DNA of 63,879 bases, counting the filler, from Reticulomyxa filosa (Eukaryota > Protista > Foraminifera): the NCBI GenBank assembly GCA_000512085.1. It is 14 parts of 14 records of this genome, joined end to end, with 100 filler letters (N's around TTAATTAATTAA, not from the genome) between each part and the next. Parts side by side here need not be neighbours in the genome. Positions count along the whole stretch, not along the records: positions 17,863 to 39,972 come from ASPP01024601.1; positions 40,073 to 42,688 come from ASPP01030771.1; positions 42,789 to 44,569 come from ASPP01011740.1; positions 44,670 to 45,723 come from ASPP01019589.1; positions 45,824 to 47,231 come from ASPP01023257.1; positions 47,332 to 49,141 come from ASPP01037697.1; 8 more parts are not named here. One strand, 5' to 3'. Every line of letters starts with the position of its first letter. The stretch's first letter is position 1. Below the pieces are notes generated by a model. The model ran no database searches, was not told where the DNA came from, and worked only from the letters and a program-made list of their open reading frames with translations. Made by a program: the position numbers and the translations under genes. This document shows, one piece after another, positions 38,281 through 49,241 of the stretch.

Positions 38281-39239
38281 TGGAAAAAAAATAAATATAA
38301 ACATATATTATCATTAACGATCGTCGTGAAAAAGTGTCCAAATTATCTCTAGATCACTTCAAGTAAACTTAGAACAAGTAGATATATCGATATATCTCAA
38401 AATCGTCGAAAAAGTCAAGTCGTTTCAACAAAACAAGAATCATCAAGTCAAAGTCCGAAATTTTTTTTTTTACTAGTAAAATTAATTTTTATAGTGATTA
38501 AAAATTTTTTATAGTAGTTGGATTTTTGTGATATTGTTAGTATTGTGTGGTTTTTAACCTTTTTCACCATTTGGCAACGTTTTGTTTGCAATTCATTTTC
38601 GGGTGGATATTGTCGTCGGTTCTGCATCTTGAGTGGTGTGACTGTGAGAGATGGAAGTCTTTTGTGATTGGCAGAACTCTGAGGGTCGGATAACTTTTAC
38701 TGAACCTCGAGCAAAACCAACCCACTCGCTGATAACAAGGCTTGTGAAGGCGATCCGGACGGTCGAGGCAAGGTGTCTTTACCCCAATCGGCTCTATGCT
38801 GGGACATGGAATTGGATCAAGCATCCGATCTAATGGTAAGACATGTTAACTACACTTCCTTTTTTTTTTAGCAAGAATCTTATCCCAAAAATTAAAGAAA
38901 AAAATCTACAAGATTTATCAAAAACTCACTCACAATCAACACTACAAGTAAAAGAATAAATTTAAAGTCTTAATTAAGTTTAAATTATCAAAAAAAGCAA
39001 AGCAAATCTCAAATGTTGGAGTTAGAAATCAGTCAACTGTTGTGAAAACAATTTGGCTCTTCCCTGTGGAATGGTCAGGGCAGAAGCAATGATAACGCTC
39101 AGCCGAATCATCTGAGCATTGTTTTCGAAGTGTTGAAATCTCATAAAATATTGAGATTCAATTCGCTTCTTTTAACGAATTAAAGCAAAACCAAAACAAA
39201 AATTAAAATCTAATACTTAAAATAATTGATTGTTGAATG

Positions 39240-39635
39240 TTGAATTGTACTTAGTCTTGATATTCTGTCTCAGCCGCTTTTTTTTAGACTTTTCTGCTGG
39301 TACCTTGAATAGTTTGTCGATATCTGATCTTACGCAATGTCGCAATATCAGATATCGAAATTTACAACTAGTATAAACATTTTTATCTTTCAAAAAAAAA
39401 ATGTTACTAGTTGAAAAAATTTATTTTTTTAGTAGTTGAAAAGTTTCTTTGATTCTGTTTTCCTCAATCTTGTTGACGACGAAAATCGTTAATGATAATC
39501 GAAGATTAACTTCAAATTTCGTTCAGATACTGCTAGATGTTGCAGTATCTAGTTGTTTTGCTTCCTTCATTCAAAATACAACTTTTTTTTCAAAAGTTTA
39601 TATCATGATGAATGATATTAAAATGATTTTTTTTT
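39240..39635 (+). repeat. Dispersed non-coding repeat, copy 3
   Basis: ACTAGTATAAAC...AATCTTGTTGACGACGAAAATCG...CAAAAGTTTATATCATGATGAA followed by a T-run; same family as 16355-16545 and 16921-17295. Confidence 0.78.
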
Positions 39636-40261
39636 TGCCACTAGTGAACTATCAAATGCCAGTATGCATGGTGGCATTGGAAATGGAATTGGACATAGTA
39701 TTGATATGCCTGATACAAGCAACGACAATCCAAAATGACGTCGAATAATGACATGGACGTCGACACAAATGGCACAAGGCGAATAGCCATAAAACGAAAG
39801 ACGGACTAACGGATGATATTGCAAAGAAAGCAAAGTTGTTACAAAGCTCAAGTATGCGAAGAAAAAAAGATTGATGATTGATTCAAATGAGGATTGGAAA
39901 TCGATCAAGAGATGAAATTAACATCGCGAATACTAATATGCAAGCAGATCAATGATCAGCAGTCTATTGGTGNNNNNNNNNNNNNNNNNNNNNNNNNNNN
40001 NNNNNNNNNNNNNNNNTTAATTAATTAANNNNNNNNNNNNNNNNNNNNNNNNNNNNNNNNNNNNNNNNNNNNCAACACTGAAGGTCCGCAAGGCGTCGCA
40101 TCAGGTCTCGGGCCAAACACTGCAGTTTTGACCTGATGCATCGTGTTGCGCACATATGCGCGATCTGGCGCGCATTCCTCAAATGGGTTAGGATTCAACT
40201 GGATCAAGATTCATTCCGCTTGTACGGTGTGAACTGCATCTAGCAACGAAATGAGGCATTT

Positions 40262-41644
40262 ATGCCCGCTATCCTTAGCAAATTCCGAGTTGTTGGACTT
40301 CATGGTTCAAAGAATTATAGCTTGTCGTTGAGCGACAATTCATTGATCATCGTGGGAGAGAACGGGTCGGGAAAAACTACTGTACTAAGAATGATGTTCT
40401 TTTTTCTTTCTGGACGATGGCAGGCTCTTGTCCAATTTCAGTTTGACTTCGTTGAGGCCGAGATTGATGGGAAGTCATATAAGGCGACCCGCGATGAAAT
40501 AAGAAGGTCATTTAAGAGTGGTGGGGGTTCAATATTAAGAAGATACCCGTTACAGGCTAGGATGAGGATTCGGGAAATAGTCGAATCTGGGAATCTGGAC
40601 GGGTTGACGGACGAAGTAGTAAGGCTTGGAGCAAGATATGGGGTGCCATCTCAAATGATTGAGCGCGATATTTTGCGCCTGATATCAGATGAGGTGGGTG
40701 TTGTTGATGACCTTCGGCCCATAAAACAAGTACAAGAAGCTATGCGTAGTGTTCAAGATGCGATGGGCGCGCAAATTTTATACCTTCCCACCTACAGGCG
40801 GATCGAACGAGAGTTGAGTAGCATTTTTGAAGGCTTGGATTCCAATGAGCTTGATAGACTAAGGCAAAAGCAACTTGAGGGTGGGCAATCGTATGTCGAG
40901 CTTGTTGAGTTTGGAATGAAGGACGTTCAGATCGCAGTGGACCGTTCAGTTACTAGTATTCGCGACTTCGCGCGCGAAAATCTTAACAAATTAACGCTAA
41001 GCTATTTAAGTGACGTCGTAAATCAGACGTACCTTCACGTAGAGTCTGGAAATATTCATACGATGAAGAACGAAGCCGTGCGCACAATTATTGAGAGAAT
41101 TGATGACTCGATACTTAGCGGCCCAAGCAAGGATCGGCTGTCAATGATAATTGGGTCACTGTCATCGAAAACGGGCGATCTAACCGACCACGAGAAGCTC
41201 GTATATCATTATTTTTCGACGATACTTCGCTTTCAAGAATCCCTCAAAGATCGCGAGAAGCCCATCTCAGCCTTCTGTGAGATATGTAATTCTTATATGC
41301 GAGACAAAAATTTCCTGTACAACAGTTCGACATTTAGTTTCTCAATTGCGGCAAAAGCATCAAAAGATGATGAAAAAATTAGCCTTGCGGATCTGTCGTC
41401 AGGGGAGAAGCAAATTGTTTCTCTATTTAGTCACTTATATCTTTCAGGTATTTCAAAATTCTTTGTGCTAATTGATGAGCCCGAGCTGTCCCTCTCAGTT
41501 CCATGGCAAAGGTCATTGCTGCCTGATGTAAGGGCGGGGGAATTCTGCTCTGGTGTGGTGGCAGTCACTCACTCGCCGTTTGTGTATGATAATGACCTTA
41601 GGAAATATGCTCACTCTCTTGATGAATTTGTGGTTTATAAATGA
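40262..41644 (+). CDS. ariA: Bacterial ABC-type ATPase (AAA_15/AAA_21), PARIS AriA-like sensor
   Basis: Walker A GENGSGKTT, YLPTYRR, ABC signature LSSGEKQ, Walker B/D-loop LIDEPELSL and H-loop VTHSP; GAGG RBS-like site at 40253-40256; no introns. Confidence 0.85.
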   Translation: MPAILSKFRVVGLHGSKNYSLSLSDNSLIIVGENGSGKTTVLRMMFFFLSGRWQALVQFQFDFVEAEIDGKSYKATRDEIRRSFKSGGGSILRRYPLQARMRIREIVESGNLDGLTDEVVRLGARYGVPSQMIERDILRLISDEVGVVDDLRPIKQVQEAMRSVQDAMGAQILYLPTYRRIERELSSIFEGLDSNELDRLRQKQLEGGQSYVELVEFGMKDVQIAVDRSVTSIRDFARENLNKLTLSYLSDVVNQTYLHVESGNIHTMKNEAVRTIIERIDDSILSGPSKDRLSMIIGSLSSKTGDLTDHEKLVYHYFSTILRFQESLKDREKPISAFCEICNSYMRDKNFLYNSSTFSFSIAAKASKDDEKISLADLSSGEKQIVSLFSHLYLSGISKFFVLIDEPELSLSVPWQRSLLPDVRAGEFCSGVVAVTHSPFVYDNDLRKYAHSLDEFVVYK

Positions 41645-42639
41645 GACCGCCAATGAGCATGATTGATATACACCAAGCCGCACTCGAGAGTTCAAGCGGG
41701 CCGTTCCATGAATTTTTGCTCTTTTACCAAAGGAGTATCCGCGTAGTATATGGATTCGTAGAGGGCAAAGAAGATCCCAGCTTCTACAAAAGCATAATTG
41801 ACCATGAGTTACCGTTCGGCTGGACAGTAAAGCTAATTCCGTCCGGCAGCAAGTCATCTGTATTGGGTGTTCTGCATAATTTTCCTTGGGGTAGATTTGA
41901 AAAAGGGCGAGTATGCTTTTTTATTGATAGAGATTTGTCTGAACTGATCGAATCAGAGGGAGAATATTGCAATGAAAGTCTTTATGTAACAGAGGGGTAC
42001 TCTATCGAAAATGATATTGTAAATGCTTATGTTTTTATTCGGCTACTAGAGGAGGTGTTTGGCGTATCAAACTTAACAGCTACCGAAACGGTGGATATAG
42101 AGCGCCATTTCGAGCGGAACTTGAATCAATTTTGCGAGGATCTAGTGCCTATTATGGCCCAAATATTAATATGGCGTAGAAGCGGAATTAAGGCAAATCT
42201 GAGCGACTTGAAACTTAAGCAAATATTTGATTTCGTCGGCGCGTCCCTCTCCTATAGAAACGGCTGTGATCACGCTGGCGCCCGGCTAAATGCGTTATCG
42301 AATGCACTTAAGATTGAGCTCTCAAGTGAGGAGGAAAGAGAGACTGCTGAAGCCCACTTCAGAGCAGCCGATGGAGCCAAAAGATTAACGCGAGGAAAGT
42401 ACCTAATATGGTTTCTTGTTGAGTACTCGTCGGCAGTTCATGCGGCCATTCCGAGCATTTGTTCGAGGCATAATAGTGTGCCGAAGGTAAAAATACAAAT
42501 TGGTCCCGGAAACGCTATGGGTATTGTCGGGCCGCGCGCTATGCCAAGTCAGACGCTTATTAGTTTTATTAAGAAAAATTACTGCAAATTCATATCTGAA
42601 TTCGAGGTGAATGCAGTTGTATCCTCGATGAGTGCTTGA
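41641..42639 (+). CDS. ariB: Bacterial DUF4435/TOPRIM-family nuclease, PARIS AriB-like effector
   Basis: TOPRIM motifs FVEGKEDPSFY and FFIDRD, plus YSIEN and RGK; ATGA start/stop overlap with the ATPase (41641-41644). Confidence 0.8.
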   Translation: MRPPMSMIDIHQAALESSSGPFHEFLLFYQRSIRVVYGFVEGKEDPSFYKSIIDHELPFGWTVKLIPSGSKSSVLGVLHNFPWGRFEKGRVCFFIDRDLSELIESEGEYCNESLYVTEGYSIENDIVNAYVFIRLLEEVFGVSNLTATETVDIERHFERNLNQFCEDLVPIMAQILIWRRSGIKANLSDLKLKQIFDFVGASLSYRNGCDHAGARLNALSNALKIELSSEEERETAEAHFRAADGAKRLTRGKYLIWFLVEYSSAVHAAIPSICSRHNSVPKVKIQIGPGNAMGIVGPRAMPSQTLISFIKKNYCKFISEFEVNAVVSSMSA

Positions 42640-42839
42640 AGCCCCCTACCCCACAATCTCCTTCAGCACCGACGCCCCGATCGTGTACNNNNNNNNNNNN
42701 NNNNNNNNNNNNNNNNNNNNNNNNNNNNNNNNTTAATTAATTAANNNNNNNNNNNNNNNNNNNNNNNNNNNNNNNNNNNNNNNNNNNNACAGCTTTTACG
42801 TTGGAAAGCACAAGTGACAAGTGTAAAAACATATACATA

Positions 42840-44504
42840 TTAATGTATATAAATAATATAAATATATAAAACAATAAAAAAAAAAAAAAAAAAACACACT
42901 TGATGAAATGCAATCCATGTTTTTTCTCTCCACAAAAATTCCTGATTTTGGACGAGGTGGGTCGAGTCTGTGATTTCTTGGTGGATTTGGCGCTTAATCA
43001 TTGCAAAAACGACATACAAAGTGGACTCGAGTAATAGATTGGTGTTCGTGATCATGTGATATCCACTCATGGCTTCCGCGACTTTGGTTAAAATGACGAC
43101 GCGCTCAGACTCTTGCAACCGATCAAATGGATAGATTTGAAAGGATTGATACATGAAATGATCCTTTTGTTGTCCAATTACAGACCAAAACAGATTAGAA
43201 AAGGGCACCAAATCGTCATTGCTATCAATGGGCAAAGCGTGTTTGAATGGATTTGTCATTTCCATTTTCTGTTTGTGGCCCTTGTGTTGTTTATAGTATT
43301 GATATTGATATTGATAATGATGTTGCTGTTGATGTTGATGTTGCTGTTGTTGTTGCTGTTGATGTTGATGTGAATGTGGATGTTGATATGGGTATTGATA
43401 CTGGCTTTCGACCGTGGCAGTGTCATTAATATCACTTGCCATAGTCATGCGAATACAATGGCTCAATAGCAACTCGCACATTTCCTCGTTACAGCACAGC
43501 TCCATTGGTGTTTTTTCTCCACAATTTTCAGAACACAGCAACAAATATGCCTCTTCAGCCCCTTCTTCACAAGTATACCTAGTTTCAATTTCGCGAACAG
43601 GAGTTGGATGATTTTGATCCGATTGTTGTTGTTGTTGTTGTTGTTGCAGTGATTGTAATTGTGAATGTGATTGTGATTGTAATTGTAATTGTAATTGTAA
43701 TTGTAATTGTTTGGTATCATTATCATTATTATCATTTTTATTATTATTATCATTTTTATTATTATTATCATTTTCATTATTATTATCATTTTCATTATTA
43801 TTATCATTTTTATGATTACTGTCCTCGTCTTGTTCCTGTTTCATTATGACAAAGTTGTTCACATTGGTGGAACAACAACAGCTGCAGTAGTCAAGCAACA
43901 ATCTAGCAATTAGCTCGAACCCGTGCTTACAAGCGATATGCAACACGTTGTTACGATATTCGTCACAAGTGAACACATCCGCCCCTTTCAACAGCAAATA
44001 CTTGCACATGTTCTCTTGGTTGTTCGCCACGGCCATTAGCAAAGGGGTTTCTCCATTGATTCCTCGACACTCAATGTTGCTGTCGCATTTGGACAACAGA
44101 TAGTCACTGATCCCAATGTGGCCATATTTGCAACTCAGCAATAGTCCGCTATCCAATATGCGATTGTCGCCACTTGCGTGGAGATTGGTGTTGGTATGAC
44201 CACTAATGCGACAACTGCTATTCTCGTCATCGTCATCGTCATCATCGTCATCATCGTCACCGTCGTTGTCGTCAGCCACGTTCTTTTGGTTTTCTGTTTG
44301 CCATAGAGACAGCAACGACGAAGAAGGCAGCGACTTCATCTTCATTCCCGGAAACATTTCTTCGAATAGCAAGCGGACCATTGCCAAATGTCCATGTTCG
44401 CACGCTTTCAAAAATGCCTCACATAACACCTCAAAGGGAATCAGATACGTACGTAATTCGATTAGCACTTGGGCCATTTTTGAGGTTTCACCATTTGATG
44501 CCAT
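42840..44504 (-). CDS. Ankyrin-repeat protein with poly-D/N/Q tracts (continues past an intron or the contig end)
   Basis: AFLKACEHGHLAMVRLLF, GLLLSCKYGHIGISDYLL, GETPLLMAVANNQENMCKYLLLKGAD and NNVLHIACKHGFELIARLLL. Confidence 0.88.
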   Translation of the reverse strand: MASNGETSKMAQVLIELRTYLIPFEVLCEAFLKACEHGHLAMVRLLFEEMFPGMKMKSLPSSSLLSLWQTENQKNVADDNDGDDDDDDDDDDDENSSCRISGHTNTNLHASGDNRILDSGLLLSCKYGHIGISDYLLSKCDSNIECRGINGETPLLMAVANNQENMCKYLLLKGADVFTCDEYRNNVLHIACKHGFELIARLLLDYCSCCCSTNVNNFVIMKQEQDEDSNHKNDNNNENDNNNENDNNNKNDNNNKNDNNDNDTKQLQLQLQLQLQSQSHSQLQSLQQQQQQQQSDQNHPTPVREIETRYTCEEGAEEAYLLLCSENCGEKTPMELCCNEEMCELLLSHCIRMTMASDINDTATVESQYQYPYQHPHSHQHQQQQQQQHQHQQQHHYQYQYQYYKQHKGHKQKMEMTNPFKHALPIDSNDDLVPFSNLFWSVIGQQKDHFMYQSFQIYPFDRLQESERVVILTKVAEAMSGYHMITNTNLLLESTLYVVFAMIKRQIHQEITDSTHLVQNQEFLWREKTWIAFHQVCFFFFFFIVLYIYIIYIH

Positions 44505-44532
44505 CTTGATATTTTAGTGTTATTCAATATCA

Positions 44533-44569
<37 letters not shown>

Positions 44570-44669
44570 NNNNNNNNNNNNNNNNNNNNNNNNNNNNNNN
44601 NNNNNNNNNNNNNTTAATTAATTAANNNNNNNNNNNNNNNNNNNNNNNNNNNNNNNNNNNNNNNNNNNN

Positions 44670-44960
44670 TCCACTGATAGTGAAAATGGCAGTGCCGTTA
44701 CCATAGGCGTTAACATCAGTAAAAGTAATAGCCTCATCCAAGGTTGTCACATTTTTGACTAGCAACACAGGACTAAATATTCCTTCATATGAAATCAAAC
44801 AACTATTTTATTCAACTCTCTTCTTTCCAAGCATGATCAATAAATCAATAAATAGTGATTTGCATTGCTTATTAGATAATATAACTTTGTAGCAAGTCAT
44901 GTGTGGTTCTACTCCAGTGATAATAGTCGGTCCAACGAAGTTACCTTTGGATAATCTTTG
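44670..44960 (-). pseudogene. ALDH6A1: Methylmalonate-semialdehyde dehydrogenase (ALDH6A1-like) fragment with a decayed intron
   Basis: KGNFVGPTIITGVEPHMTCYK [intron] EGIFSPVLLVKNVTTLDEAITFTDVNAYGNGTAIFTISG. The canonical EEIFGP is eroded and no upstream exons are recognisable. Confidence 0.75.
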
Positions 44961-47539
44961 AAGCGGTTTGTGTAAAAAAAAAGAGGGCATTTCGACGAAT
45001 TAAGGGTGTATTAGTTTGTATTTTATCTATCCAAGTTCTTGCCGAAAACGAAGTGAAAAGGGATCCAAATTCCTATTTACAATCATTCGCAAACAATACA
45101 CTGATGTAATTGTTATTTAAAATTCAAATATTTGTTTAATTTGCTTCAAAAAACTTTTTCATTAATTGGACGTGTTGCCATCAATTCTGCTTTCAAAAAA
45201 CTTTTACAAAACTGTGTTGCCATGTTTATCGTAAAAAAAAGTTTACATAAAGAAAAATAGAAAAGCTGTGAAATATGCAAAATACGCAAAAAGTAACATA
45301 ACAAGTTTATCTTTTAATAAACTTAAGTTACTAAATCATAATAATTCAAGCGTTATCACGAATGAATACATCAAAAAGTGATTAATGTTTAATCAACATA
45401 AAACAAGTCAAAAACAAAATTAATTCCTTAAAGTTATGTACTTCTTAATTTGAACAATATTTCTATCAATGTAATCATACTTTGAAAATGGTAAATATTA
45501 GAGATAGAGTGTCATTTGGAGCGTAAGCTAGTGTTCATTTATTTTTTTTGGCATAATTAACAAATGAAAATGTCAACGAAGCAGACGGACTGCAAGCCAA
45601 AGAAACAATTTTTTGAAACTCTCCCTAGGATTGAGAGTAAAGTCGCAGTCATATTAGAAAAAGCAAAGCAGATCTTACCATTATGTTTTTTTGCTTTGCA
45701 CTACTCGACAGCATGATGCAGGGNNNNNNNNNNNNNNNNNNNNNNNNNNNNNNNNNNNNNNNNNNNNTTAATTAATTAANNNNNNNNNNNNNNNNNNNNN
45801 NNNNNNNNNNNNNNNNNNNNNNNCGGACGTATAAGGCAAGTCCATATAACCAATTTCAATATAGCCGGTCTACTGGTTGCTTTTATTTTATTTTATTTTA
45901 TTTTTTTAAACAAATTTAACGCAATAAAATTTCGGAACTCTCTTTCTCTTCGTTTTCCTCTTCCTCATCTTCATCTTCTTGCTTGCTGGTATCTTGTGAG
46001 TCTCGCAGGCTAAATTGAACCATTCTTACAGGCGATTGTTCTCACGATGCAGTGGTTTGCTCGATGTCCATATAAGTTTTTTTTCAACGGTCCTTACTTT
46101 TTCTTGCTCGCCTTCAACTTCTTCGTCGGTCCAGTCGCTGCCGTCGTCGATACACCATAATATCGCATTGTTTTCGCTTTGCGTGCTGTCGTCGTTTTTT
46201 TCTTCCTGGCGAGCTTGCTTTTACATTTGGCGGCATCAAGGCAAGATATTGTTTGGATTAATCTGAGAATTTTGCCCCCAATGTCCAACTGATATCAAAC
46301 AAATTCTTTCTAATGTTTCGAGCTAACATTGCCAGACTTGCCAATCCTTTAGCACTTTTCCATTGGGCGCTCCATATGAAGTTAATTCACGCTCGCGAGT
46401 GGCGACTTTGCGCGTTTCTAGATATGAATATTTCATCACTAAATTTAACAAAGCCAGTCGACCTGTTTTTTTTTTTCTTCTCAAACAAATTCAACACGAT
46501 ACGGACTTGTCATTTTCTTCTCTTCATTCACATCCATCTTCTACTCATCTTTCTCTTCTTGCGTGCTGACGTCTTGACTCGAGTTTCGCAAACCCCTCCC
46601 GGGTACTGTTCAGCAAAGATAGTTTGCTCTTGCTTGACAAACGCGCCTCTTGTAATGATGGAACAACTTCTTTATTTTTTTCTCTATCTATATATTCATC
46701 AATGCTAAATATCGTTCGCTCTCCATACAATCAGCACACTCACGACCAAAATTCCAAAGTTGCGACTATGAGCACGTACACGATAAGTTCAATTGCAACG
46801 ACCAGTCTCTTCTTCTCGATTGTTCTTCCAAGTCTATAGAATTGGCACAACTTCAACAACAATCAATGTTCACTAGTTCGTCAGTACCACATTTACACAA
46901 ATGATTATAAGCTAACTTGTTTGCCATCAATGTAGGCAGTCTTTACAATTATTCAGATCGAAACTACGCGACCGTTAATTGGCTTTAGTTTCATACTTTT
47001 CCACCAACTTGCGCGATTCGCACAGGAACTATTTTTCTGCTGTTTGATCCATTCGTGCGTGTGATAATGCGCAAACTTCCAAGTTTTCAGGGAACAATAT
47101 CCCTTTTTTCTCTTTCCAATTATTCAACATTTTTTTTTCTTTTTTTTCTCTTTTTTTCTTTATTTTTTTCTTTTTTTTTCTCCCTATTTTTTTCTTCTTT
47201 TTTCTATCTTTTTTTCTCTTTTTTTCTATATNNNNNNNNNNNNNNNNNNNNNNNNNNNNNNNNNNNNNNNNNNNNTTAATTAATTAANNNNNNNNNNNNN
47301 NNNNNNNNNNNNNNNNNNNNNNNNNNNNNNNTTTCCAATTAATATCGCAATATATTGTAGTACTCTCAGCTGCAGTTTCTCTAGATCTTCAAGATATATC
47401 GTGTTTTAATCTTTGGACCAGGTTAAAGATCACGATATATTTCGGTTGATACTATTAAGAACTTACCTGGAACACTTTATTATCTTCTTGAATTGTGCAA
47501 TTAACATTACTGGAACACTACAATATTGTGGTTATTGAA

Positions 47540-49141
47540 ATGGCGAGCACGCAATCGGACTATGATTGTGATCCAAGTGAAAACTATCGTAAAAATGTAA
47601 AGCAAAAACAATGGAATCAAAAAAAAAAACGTAAATGTTCCACCATTGGAACATATGAACAATGACAATGATGATTTTCATTTCCTAAACCAACGGCGAC
47701 CATCACTCGATCTATCAAAACCTTATTACATCAAACAGAAACGACAAAGACCAGATGACGATGATGACAGTGGAAATGATCAAATGCAAAGAAGTAAGAA
47801 AAGTCGTATGAATGCTGATATAAGATTAAAAATATCTACATTACTAAACGACAACAGCGATGAACAAAAAGAAGAATTAGATGACAAAAATATATTGAAG
47901 AAAAGCAGAAAAATTAGAAGAGAATATTTCTGCAACAAGCTTCACACACTGGTTATTACACCAGTCAATGGCATATCATTTAAATCACAAACATCGGTAT
48001 TGAAATTATTTGGACAACATGGAAAGACCATCAAAGCACATACTTTCTCAACAACTTGGAGAACAATGTATGTACACTTTGATATAAAAATATCAGTTGA
48101 AATGCTTCAAGAGATTACTGTGGCATTCAATCAAAAACAACAATCAATTATGGAAAACTCAAAAAGTTCAGAGCTAGAATCGGAAAAAAAGAAACAGCAT
48201 AGAATCATGTTATGTTCGGTTTTCAGCCAAATTACGTAAAATCTCAAAAAGAAAAAAGATTAAAGTATGTCAAAAATCCAGATGTCAATAGATATGTATT
48301 ATTGAAAAACGTATCTATTCGAGAAAGTGAAAAAGAAATTTTGGAGACATTGAAAGATCTAAATCTAAACGTGGAAAAAGTAGAGCGTTTCAAAGGCTTG
48401 CCAATGGTAAAGGTATTGTTTGCAAATTCACAAGATGTTCGTCAATTGTTGCAGACAGGATCAATTCAAATTGGCTTTGAACATGCATCATGCGAACCAT
48501 TCGATTACAATCGCAATCGTCCAAAGTCTGCTTTGGACTAAACCATTACGCCAATGAATGCACAAGGAAACAGAAATGCAAGCATTGTGGAAAAGCAAAT
48601 CATAAATCAGAGAATTGTTTCCATAAACGCAAGCAAAGCAAATATAAATGCATATTGTGTCATGGTAACATACAAGTGACTCTGTATTGTGTCCTGTGAT
48701 TCAAAAAGTAGAAAGGACATTGGAGTCAATTTATCAAGAAAAGAAAAACTTTTCATCTTGAAGAAAGAACAAAAAGGGAATCCGACTGAAAATAAAACTG
48801 GACAAAAAACAAACAATATTCAAATATTATCAAAAAATAAGGAGTCAGAGTCAACAAGAAAAGTTGATGCTCCAAAGTTTATTAATTCAAAGTCCAATGG
48901 CGCTGGAACAAATAATAAAAAAGATTTGATCAATATGATAAGCAAAAACCAAAATCAGAGTCAAAACAAACAGAACGACAATAACCAAAACAACAACGAT
49001 ATCAACGAAATTTCCCAATTACGAAAGGAAATCTCCTATATTCGTTTAATTGTGAAACAACTTTCAGATTCATTCCAACTATTAGCTCCATTACTTCAGC
49101 CTCCGCAAAACAAAAAAGAAAACATCAACAAAAAAACCAGT
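47540..49141 (+). mobile_element. LINE ORF1 (gag-like): RRM-like region plus three zinc knuckles, frameshifted
   Basis: VLLKNVSIRESEKEILETLKDLNLNVEKVERF...MVKVLF, then CFGLNHYANEC, CKHCGKANHKSENC and CILCHGN(H), and a C-terminal coiled coil. Split over ORFs 47646, 48212, 48490 and 48689. Confidence 0.8.
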
Positions 49142-49241
49142 NNNNNNNNNNNNNNNNNNNNNNNNNNNNNNNNNNNNNNNNNNNNTTAATTAATTAANNN
49201 NNNNNNNNNNNNNNNNNNNNNNNNNNNNNNNNNNNNNNNNN

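Noticed and set aside
38564-38833. GC-richer island that might be an ncRNA or small gene
   Set aside because: No recognisable protein motif in any frame and no tRNA or rRNA signature, so I cannot support a call.
40073-40200. Integron attC site upstream of the ATPase
   Set aside because: CAAC at the contig edge and GTTAGGA downstream only partly fit RYYYAAC/GTTRRRY, and no matching site follows the operon.
40262-42639. PARIS operon as horizontal transfer into the eukaryote
   Set aside because: The contig is bounded by linkers, has no host-like flanks or introns, and has bacterial translation signals. A co-sequenced bacterium is the simpler explanation.
43600-43810. (TTG)n, (AATTGT)n and (TTA)n arrays as telomeric or regulatory repeats
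   Set aside because: They encode the poly-Q, (QL)n and poly-N tracts of the ankyrin ORF on the minus strand.
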